From a virus: a DNA stretch of 63,888 bases. The notes beneath the pieces were generated by a model. The model made no database searches. It saw nothing but the letters and a program-made list of their open reading frames with translations, and had not been told where the DNA came from. Both the position numbers and the translations under genes were made by a program. Within the stretch, counting starts at the first letter, position 1. Each line of letters starts with the position of its first letter. Shown piece by piece: positions 39,092 to 45,727 of the stretch. The stretch lies in IMG/VR virus record IMGVR_UViG_3300020165_000002; one strand, written 5' to 3'.

Positions 39092-40188
39092 GATTGTGAG
39101 TTTTCAGGGTTACTAAATAATGGATCGTATCCAAGTTTACTTTCTATTTCATCACGTACATCATCTTCTATTTCTGTTAGTACATCTAATTCGTATGCTG
39201 TTATGTAGTGACCACAATTTTGACACCAAAAAGCATCTTCATATTCGTCATACAACATTTCTGCGTGATTACATTCGTTACATTTTTGGTTTATTTTTAC
39301 TAACTCTTCATTATCGTCGTGATATATGTTATCATAAAATGCTGAACCTTGACCATTATGGTCGCTTGGTTGAGTCCAACCTCCATACATTTGTGCATTG
39401 TAGTTACCATAACCATAATCGTAATATGTAACACGAGAGTCTTTATCCATAGTGTAACGCTTTAGTTGTGTAGCTGCAAGTATTTTCATACACATGCGTT
39501 TCACTTTTTCTACCTCTGATATAACAATATATTCATTTTCGCTATGAGGTTCATAGTAACCGCATGACATGTTTGCTACTTGAACATCATTGTTTTCAGC
39601 TATTTCACCAACGTCTGTTATACCTCCGTTACAAGTAACAAATTTATATTCATCTATAATATGTTGTATATCTTCAATAAGTGTGTCGTCACTTAGTTTT
39701 GTTCCTGATATATTTGTAACAAAGTCTCCGTAACCACGTCTATCACATTCTAAAACTATTGTACTGTCGTTGAAGTAATCAAAGTCTGCATTTGAAGAAC
39801 CGACACAACCAACCTCTTCGTCAAGAAAGAAAACTGCTTTGAAGTTGTCAAATTTACGTAAACAACATAGTGTGATATATATACCTACTTTGTCGTCACC
39901 TCCTATACCAATTCTATGGCAGTTTGTTGAGTCAATAGCAAACATTTTATCACCTGTACGTACAATACGTACATTGTCATTGATACTGTGAACTGTATCA
40001 ATATGGCATACCATTGTTGGGTATAAGTCTGCATCACCTTTGGTCACATAGATGTTACCATATTTATCTTTACTGTAACCTAGACCATCTTTTTGTAGTG
40101 TCTTGGTTATGAATTTAGCCATTCTGTGTGTTTTGTATGAAGCTGACTGTACTTTCATAATTGATGCTAAGAAATCATTTTTTTTCAT
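39085..40188 (-). CDS. M42/M20-like zinc aminopeptidase fused to a C-terminal zinc ribbon
   Basis: Metal-ligand series 'CHIDTVH', 'GGDDKVG', 'LDEEVGCVGS', 'LECDRRG' and 'YYEPHSENE'. C-terminal 'CNECNH..CQNCGH'. Confidence 0.55.
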   Translation of the reverse strand: MKKNDFLASIMKVQSASYKTHRMAKFITKTLQKDGLGYSKDKYGNIYVTKGDADLYPTMVCHIDTVHSINDNVRIVRTGDKMFAIDSTNCHRIGIGGDDKVGIYITLCCLRKFDNFKAVFFLDEEVGCVGSSNADFDYFNDSTIVLECDRRGYGDFVTNISGTKLSDDTLIEDIQHIIDEYKFVTCNGGITDVGEIAENNDVQVANMSCGYYEPHSENEYIVISEVEKVKRMCMKILAATQLKRYTMDKDSRVTYYDYGYGNYNAQMYGGWTQPSDHNGQGSAFYDNIYHDDNEELVKINQKCNECNHAEMLYDEYEDAFWCQNCGHYITAYELDVLTEIEDDVRDEIESKLGYDPLFSNPENSQSC

Positions 40189-40199
40189 GTGGATTGAAT

Positions 40200-40568
40200 T
40201 TAATTATTAAATTGATTTTTAATTGTGTTATACATAAGTATTGCACATTCTTTGCGTGTTAAAGTCTTTGGATTTTTAGCAATGATTGTGAATACATCTT
40301 CGATACTATCAGTTGTAAGTAATGGTTGTTTAGTCTCATAACTAAATAGATTTCGTTGTTTGTCATTGAGTATTTTGTCTACCTCATTATTGACATCGTC
40401 AAGGGCTAATTCGTAACCATATTGTTTAGCCATTTGTACAAGTAGTACGTCATTACTACCATGGTTCGCTTGCATAAACTTATCTAGATATGTAGCGCTT
40501 GGAGTACCGACAATACTTTTTTTCAAGTCGGCAACTCGTTTGTAAGTGAATTCTTTTATGTGTTTCAT
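40200..40568 (-). CDS. hypothetical early protein (start trimmed to MKHIKEF)
   Basis: The track start at 40610 would overlap the upstream gene by 38 nt. The ATG at 40568 sits in the recurrent TAA-n-TTATG junction. Confidence 0.5.
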   Translation of the reverse strand: MKHIKEFTYKRVADLKKSIVGTPSATYLDKFMQANHGSNDVLLVQMAKQYGYELALDDVNNEVDKILNDKQRNLFSYETKQPLLTTDSIEDVFTIIAKNPKTLTRKECAILMYNTIKNQFNN

Positions 40569-40572
40569 AATT

Positions 40573-41181
40573 TTATTTGATTGTACTTTTTTGAATTGTT
40601 TTATTGTCAATTATACTTTGAATAATTGCTATCTCGTGAGTGCAAGGATTATTAGTATTACCTGTAGTTGGTACGCAATTATGTTTTTCTACTAACTTTT
40701 TGTCAATTATTTTTGCTAATTGTTTAATTATGTAATTACTAGTATACCATACATTGAACTCATTATCTTTTTCACGCATTGTAGTACTGCTGATACGGTA
40801 TTTATCTTTTATTTTTAACAGTTTTTTGATATACTTTTTTGCAGTCGCACTGTCAAGATGTTGTATAATGTTTGGATGGTCTAGTTCTGCAATAAATTTT
40901 TCTTCTGCAGCACTTGTAACTTGTTCTAACATTTCATCGTATACTTTGATACCATACAATTTTGTGTATAATTCTTTGAAACCGCCATACATTGTAGGCT
41001 TTTCATTCACATAAAAATCAACCTCTGTTTCTCGTATCTCTGTATCATACAGTTCAATGTCGTTAATTTTGTAAACAGTTGCAATGATTCTTACATCTGC
41101 TGTGTTCGTGTTGTCGATTGTTACAGTGTACGTGTTATAGTACTCGTAACTTTTAGACGGGCTTTTCAATACTACTTTCAT
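40573..41181 (-). CDS. hypothetical early protein (202 aa)
   Basis: Co-oriented ORF. Confidence 0.55.
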   Translation of the reverse strand: MKVVLKSPSKSYEYYNTYTVTIDNTNTADVRIIATVYKINDIELYDTEIRETEVDFYVNEKPTMYGGFKELYTKLYGIKVYDEMLEQVTSAAEEKFIAELDHPNIIQHLDSATAKKYIKKLLKIKDKYRISSTTMREKDNEFNVWYTSNYIIKQLAKIIDKKLVEKHNCVPTTGNTNNPCTHEIAIIQSIIDNKTIQKSTIK

Positions 41182-41383
41182 CTTTATTAGTTTTTAGATT
41201 ATTAATTTGGACAGTCATATTTTTCTTGACACTGTACCATAAGTCAAGTTTATCTGTTATTGTTTTTAGCTCTTCACTTTTAGTCTGGTGTTGATTGTGA
41301 AGTTTGTCAATAAGCATTATTACATCTGCTTGATCGTTTTCTAAGTCACGTATGATTGTGACTGCTTTGTTGTAGTGTAACAT
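41153..41383 (-). CDS. hypothetical early protein (start trimmed to MLHYNK)
   Basis: The track ORF extends to 41425, across the tRNA. The internal ATG at 41383 lies 15 nt after the tRNA 3' end. Confidence 0.5.
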   Translation of the reverse strand: MLHYNKAVTIIRDLENDQADVIMLIDKLHNQHQTKSEELKTITDKLDLWYSVKKNMTVQINNLKTNKDESSIEKPV

Positions 41384-41397
41384 ATCTATATTTTTAG

Positions 41398-41470
41398 TAG
41401 CGCGTGGAAGATTCGAACTTACCATCTTTAGGTTGAAAACCTACTGTCCTAGCCGTTAGACGAACGCGCC
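41398..41470 (-). tRNA. tRNA-Glu: tRNA-Glu (anticodon UUC)
   Basis: 73-nt cloverleaf on the - strand: GGCGCGT/ACGCGCT acceptor (G1-U72); D arm TCGTCTAACGGCTAGGACA, as in bacterial tRNA-Glu; anticodon loop TTTTCAA; T loop GTTCGAATC. Mismatches at 27-43 and 50-64. No encoded CCA. Confidence 0.75.
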
Positions 41471-41558
41471 GTGTGAGGAAAAAGCATGTAAAACCTCGGT
41501 CTAATTTTAATCATATTATACTGCTTTTATTACTACTAGTCGCATCCTATGATTGTGA

Positions 41559-41680
41559 TTTCCGTTCCCCGCGCTGCCGCAACGATTCCGTGCAGCCGTA
41601 ACGATTCCGTACTGCCGCAACGATTCCGTTCAGCCGTACTGCCGCAACGATTCCGACCAACCGTGTCGATTCCGTGCAGG
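41559..41680 (+). repeat. GC-rich iteron array: CGATTCCG x5 (starts 41583, 41602, 41621, 41648, 41667), mostly 19-bp spacing; longer unit GCCGCAACGATTCCGT x3
   Basis: Read directly. It is a GC-rich island in an AT-rich genome, lying between a terminator hairpin and the tRNA promoter region. A TGATTGTGA copy abuts it at 41550. Confidence 0.85.
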
Positions 41681-41695
41681 GTTCGAACATTAGAA

Positions 41696-41715
41696 ATGCT
41701 CGCTTTTGCGAGCAT
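41696..41715 (-). terminator. Hairpin terminator after the first early gene
   Basis: 8-bp stem ATGCTCGC/GCGAGCAT with a 4-nt loop, 13 nt after the stop at 41728. Short U-tract only. Confidence 0.45.
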
Positions 41716-41727
41716 AACTAGCCTGTT

Positions 41728-42141
41728 TTATTCAGGTCTTTCTTCAGCTAATCTGTCAACCTGTTTGTCAGGAAACTGTTGATTGGCATCTGCAATTGAT
41801 AGGAAACCTAATTGGTCAAAGATAGAGTCATCAGTTGCGAACTCTTCTTCTTCGGTGTAGGCATCCATTTTGTTGTCAAACAACCATTCGGGGATTTTAA
41901 CTCTGACTTTCTTAGTCTTTGCGTTAAGAACTGTTAACGATGATTGTGAGCGTGGCATGTAAATTTCTTTGAATAGTAATTCTTTGCCTTGTTTACAATT
42001 AGCTAATTTGATAGCCTTACCTGAAGGGTGAAGCTCTACAAGTGTGGCATCAAAAGTGACTGTTGTTGAATTTGCATTTTTCATAATATATAATAATTTA
42101 AAATTAGGCCGACCATATAAAATGCATTTTGGGTTAGGCAA
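41728..42141 (-). CDS. first early protein, acidic C-terminal third (alternative start at 42084, MKNANS)
   Basis: First ORF leaving the control region on the - strand. C-terminus 'DAYTEEEEFATDDSIFDQL'. Confidence 0.55.
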   Translation of the reverse strand: MPNPKCILYGRPNFKLLYIMKNANSTTVTFDATLVELHPSGKAIKLANCKQGKELLFKEIYMPRSQSSLTVLNAKTKKVRVKIPEWLFDNKMDAYTEEEEFATDDSIFDQLGFLSIADANQQFPDKQVDRLAEERPE

Positions 42142-42274
42142 TTGTGGTAAGGGAAATAATTTTAAAAAGTTTTGATTATATAAATAGATGATTGTGATAA
42201 GCCAATTGTTGATAGATTAACGACTACCTAAATAGATAGCACTAGCCCAAAAGTTTTTAAAAATATTTTACTTA

Positions 42275-42290
42275 GGCGATTTTTATCGCC
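42275..42290. other. Hairpin GGCGAT-TTTT-ATCGCC (same GC-rich hairpin family as the early-region terminators)
   Basis: Read directly. The U-tract is not adjacent on either strand, so terminator function is uncertain. Confidence 0.35.
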
Positions 42291-43145
42291 GACCCTATTG
42301 AATAACCCAAAATTCATTTTAGGTTTGCCGTCAATTTTAATTTTTATTTGAAAAATGTGAATTCGATGACAGTCTCTACTTTTGACCACAGTTGGAGAGA
42401 TTTGCACGGCAGGTAATGATAGCTATCCAATTAGCTAATTTTAAACAAATCTGTCTTGTCTTTCAATGACATTTATATGTTGCGCTTGCAATTGTCCATT
42501 GTTTTTTAATGCAAAGAGTGAGGGAGTTAGTGTTCTAATCTCTACTAGTTTGACGACGGAATGGATGCTTACAGCGAAAACTTATGTCGACAACTGAACT
42601 CTGTCTTTGAACAAGTAGGTTATCAACTACTTAGATGCCACTCAGTTTTCTGTCAACAGGTGACGTTATGTTAGATTGAAAGGCAGGGATAGGATAGGTT
42701 ATCTTATGATTGTGAAAGCCTCAGCATTTTTTAATGGAGAAGCCTGCGTTACGCTTTAAGCTGATAAGCTTAAATAAAAAGGCTAGGGCTTTAGCCCGTT
42801 CCGCTTCAATAAATAAAATATAATACCCCTAGGGTTAGACCCGTAAGGAAAAACCTTACCCGTACAGATTGTATAATATATTTTAACCAATACCAATATC
42901 CATAAGGTATAGTTTACGTAAAACTATAGTAATACAAAAAAGCTAAAAGTTTTGAGTAGTACGTACAGAAAAACGACCCCCATGGGTGTTGTAACTACGT
43001 TTCTATGTAGTGAGTATGTATGTAGTACCATAGGTTATCTCAAACTTCTGTATTTGTGGCTAGTTTTTGTAAACACCTATTACACTTACTTATGGTCAGT
43101 AGCTATTTACAATATAGTGCCACATTTAGGAGTTAGATAATTGAT

Positions 43146-43153
43146 TATATTTG
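43146..43153 (+). promoter_or_regulatory. -7 box TATATTTG
   Basis: 20 nt upstream of the ATG at 43174. Confidence 0.5.
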
Positions 43154-43173
43154 CGGTATAAAAACATATAATT

Positions 43174-43515
43174 ATGCCAGATAAAAAGAAACCTCAACAA
43201 GCTCAAGACAGTATCAAACCTACTTATAAAAATATGGGTTTATTCAATAAATTGAGAACACAAGATCAAACTCAAGGTCAAGGGTACAATGCTCCAACGA
43301 CTAAAAGAGACACGTTAAATTATAACCATGGATTTAAGTTTGGTTTACAAAACAAAGCTCCTAAAAAGCCTATTGCTAATGAAGGGTATATGTTTAGAGC
43401 TGGAAGATGGGAAGGTCAAAACAACCCAAACAGTATAAATAAAAAACCTGCTAAAGAGCAACCAAGTATTATCTCTAGAGCTGCTAATAAGTTAAGAGGT
43501 ATATTTAACGATTAA
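43174..43515 (+). CDS. hypothetical basic protein, paralog of 47260..47556
   Basis: Shares 'MPD' start, 'Y(N/K)(H/K)GF..G(L/I).N' and 'F(R/H)RAG' with 47260..47556, plus an identical start context ATAATTATGCCAGAT. Confidence 0.6.
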   Translation: MPDKKKPQQAQDSIKPTYKNMGLFNKLRTQDQTQGQGYNAPTTKRDTLNYNHGFKFGLQNKAPKKPIANEGYMFRAGRWEGQNNPNSINKKPAKEQPSIISRAANKLRGIFND

Positions 43516-43550
43516 TAATAGCTTTACATTTTTGCGCCACATTTTTATTT

Positions 43551-43562
43551 TTTGTATATTTG
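43551..43562 (+). promoter_or_regulatory. Promoter-like box TTTGTATATTTG
   Basis: Third exact copy of the 12-mer, upstream of the small ORF and the chaperonin operon. Confidence 0.5.
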
Positions 43563-43591
43563 TTTTATGATATGGACTAAAACTTATACTT

Positions 43592-43741
43592 ATGAAGAAA
43601 ACAGTAACAGAATTGTGTCAGGAGATTATTGGACTCAAACGACGACGTGGGACGAAGCTTTTAATCCAAAAATTACAGCAGAAAATAGACAAAATTCAGC
43701 GACAAGCAAGTGACAAACAAGTGACAATCAAAGCTACTTGA
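43592..43741 (+). CDS. possible small coiled-coil protein (49 aa)
   Basis: 'MKKTVTELCQEIIGLKRRRGTKLLIQKLQQKIDKIQRQ..'. Below the track cutoff. An alternative overlapping frame starts at 43567. Confidence 0.35.
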   Translation: MKKTVTELCQEIIGLKRRRGTKLLIQKLQQKIDKIQRQASDKQVTIKAT

Positions 43742-43857
43742 TAATCAGGTAGTTGTGGTACATATTTAATCTCTTAATAAAAACAACCTTATAAAGCGAC
43801 AAGCCTATATAAGAAGAAGAGAAGAAGAGAAGAATAATTAAATTAAATCTAAATATA

Positions 43858-45465
43858 ATGATAGAAAAACAAATTGTTTTTGGTGACGATGGCCGTGCCA
43901 AATTAAAAAGGGGTATCGACATTTTAGCAGAAGCTGTTTCTTCTACATTAGGAGCTTCTGGAAAAACAGTTATTATCGAAGATCAATTCGGTAATCCACA
44001 CATAACTAAAGATGGTGTAACAGTTGCTAATAGTATTCTTTTATCAGACCCTGTAGAAAACCTCGGATGTAGTATATTAAAACAAGCTTCTCAAAAAACA
44101 GCTTCTGAGGCTGGAGATGGCACAACGACTTCATGTGTTATAGCAAAATCTATTATCGACAAATGTTTTAATAAGATTGATGATATTGAGAACGTTACTC
44201 AGGCTAAAGAAGGTATTGAGTTCGCTGCAAGGCAGGTTGTCAAGTACCTGGAGAAAATGAAAACAGAAGTAACTGACGAAAAGCTTCTTCAAGTTTCTAC
44301 CATATCTGCGAATGGAGATGAGTATCTAGGTAAAATGATTGCCGATGCTTATTTAAAAGTTGGTAAAGATGGAGTTGTTACAATGGATGAATCAACTACT
44401 GGAGTTGATTATACAGAGGTTACAAACGGAACAAAAATACAAAGAGGCTATGGAACACCATTTAGTGTAAATAACTTAAGGTCAAAATCAGTTGAGTATC
44501 AAAATCCATTAATTGTGATAAGCAATATGAAAATTGATATGCATGAGAAACTTCATTTTGCATTCGAACAATCAATAAAACAAAAAAGACCTCTACTAAT
44601 TATTTCCGAACTTGACGATAGAGTAAAACTGTTTGTTGCTCAAAATATAAATAAGAAAAACTTAACAGCAAATTTTTTAGATCCTGAAGGGATAGGGTTA
44701 AAAAGATTTGAACTACTTGAGGATTTATGTCTTATGACAGGAGCTAAAATGATTTCTGAAATGTCAGGAGACTCAGCTCAAAATATCGACCAAAACTACT
44801 TAGGGACATGTAGACAAATGATTTCTAATTCAACAGAAACCATATTAGTTTTTGATGAAGAAGAAAACCCGAAAAAGAATGAAGTTATTGAGTGGTTAAA
44901 TAATGAAATCAAAGTTACAGCCAATAGATCTGATAAATGGCACCTACAAGATAGACTCTCAAAACTAGCTGGTGGTGTTGCTACTATAAAAATAGCGGGT
45001 AATTCAGAAGTAGAACTTAAAGAGAAAAAAGATAGAGTAGATGACTCCATCCATGCAACTAAAGCAGCCTTAGAAGAAGGAATAGTTGCTGGTGGAGGTG
45101 TTGCACTTCTTGACGTGCATAAAAAAATTTCCGAAAAACCTCTTGGAAAAAGATCTTCTTCTTTTTTGGTTGGTTATACAATGTTAATTGAATCTCTGCC
45201 AAGTGCCTGCAATAAAATTATAAGTAATTCAGGTATTTCTTTAGAAGATGAGGATATTAAATCACTGATGATTAACAGAAAACTTAAAAACGGACTAGAC
45301 GTTAAGACTAGAAAATTTGGAAATATGATAAGAATGGGTATTATAGATCCTTTCAAGGTAACAAAGAACGCTATATTAAATTCAGCTTCAGTTGCATCTA
45401 TTATACTTACAACATCTTGTGTAATATCTAATAAAAGAATAAAAAAAGATGAAAGCAGTAGGTAG
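43858..45465 (+). CDS. groL: GroEL-type chaperonin (Cpn60)
   Basis: 535 aa, aligns by eye with GroEL along its length: 'VFGDDGRAKLKRGIDILAEAV', 'ITKDGVTVA', 'AGDGTTTS', 'VAGGGVALL'. Lacks the GGM tail. Confidence 0.9.
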   Translation: MIEKQIVFGDDGRAKLKRGIDILAEAVSSTLGASGKTVIIEDQFGNPHITKDGVTVANSILLSDPVENLGCSILKQASQKTASEAGDGTTTSCVIAKSIIDKCFNKIDDIENVTQAKEGIEFAARQVVKYLEKMKTEVTDEKLLQVSTISANGDEYLGKMIADAYLKVGKDGVVTMDESTTGVDYTEVTNGTKIQRGYGTPFSVNNLRSKSVEYQNPLIVISNMKIDMHEKLHFAFEQSIKQKRPLLIISELDDRVKLFVAQNINKKNLTANFLDPEGIGLKRFELLEDLCLMTGAKMISEMSGDSAQNIDQNYLGTCRQMISNSTETILVFDEEENPKKNEVIEWLNNEIKVTANRSDKWHLQDRLSKLAGGVATIKIAGNSEVELKEKKDRVDDSIHATKAALEEGIVAGGGVALLDVHKKISEKPLGKRSSSFLVGYTMLIESLPSACNKIISNSGISLEDEDIKSLMINRKLKNGLDVKTRKFGNMIRMGIIDPFKVTKNAILNSASVASIILTTSCVISNKRIKKDESSR

Positions 45466-45727
45466 TTTTATAATAGTAAAAGATGATGAGGTCGTTCAAA
45501 AAAATGAATTAGGCTTAATTATAACAGAAAAATCAGACAACAACATTAGGTATGTTATAGGTCAAGTTATAACAGTAGGGGAAGATGTAAAAGAGGTTGT
45601 TCCAGGTCAATTTGTTTATTTTGACAAGATATCTGGATCAGAACTTAGAATTAAAGGGACTAAGCTAAAAGCCATAAGAGAAAGAGACGTTGTTGTAACT
45701 CTAGATGATGCTGATACCGTTATTTGA
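45449..45727 (+). CDS. groS: GroES-type co-chaperonin (Cpn10)
   Basis: 92 aa. 'FIIVKDDE..GLIIT..IGQVITVGEDV..VVPGQFVYFDK' follows the GroES pattern. Overlaps the groL stop by 17 nt. Confidence 0.7.
   Translation: MKAVGSFIIVKDDEVVQKNELGLIITEKSDNNIRYVIGQVITVGEDVKEVVPGQFVYFDKISGSELRIKGTKLKAIRERDVVVTLDDADTVI

Larger units (their letters stand above)
1394..42715 (+). repeat. Dispersed strand-specific word (A/G)TGATTGTGA, 23 copies, all on the + strand
   Basis: 9-mer starts: 1395, 10681, 16781, 20730, 23328, 25221, 27546, 28623, 31208, 33294, 34114, 35389, 36766, 37400, 38279, 39091, 40283, 41292, 41353, 41550, 41941, 42189, 42707. The preceding base is A in 14, G in 7, C in 1 and T in 1. A manual scan found no TCACAATCA on the + strand. 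Confidence 0.8.
42142..43173. promoter_or_regulatory. ~1-kb ORF-free divergent control region (candidate origin, genome-end region or ncRNA locus)
   Basis: No credible ORF. The two gene arcs diverge here. Contains two TGATTGTGA copies (42189, 42707), several hairpins (42275-42290, ~42760-42777, ~42786-42798, ~42843-42859, ~42909-42929), and a repeated word TCTCTACT..TTTGAC.AC at 42373 and 42539. Confidence 0.7.

Noticed and set aside
41384-41425. N-terminal extension of ORF 41153..41425
   Set aside because: The extension is the translated tRNA-Glu gene. An internal ATG at 41383 gives a sensible start.
41665-41695. Possible second tRNA, suggested by the T-loop-like string GGTTCGAAC
   Set aside because: No acceptor, D or anticodon stems can be drawn around it on either strand.
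41549-41782. 77-aa + strand ORF from the track
   Set aside because: It is a read-through of the GC-rich repeat array (the peptide itself repeats 'LPQRFR'). It is antisense to all neighbours, overlaps a terminator hairpin, and its ATG is simply a copy of the ATGATTGTGA word.
42952-43140. 62-aa ORF inside the control region
   Set aside because: It has a non-ATG start, an odd Y/L/V-rich composition, no promoter box, and it overlaps hairpins. Treated as non-coding.
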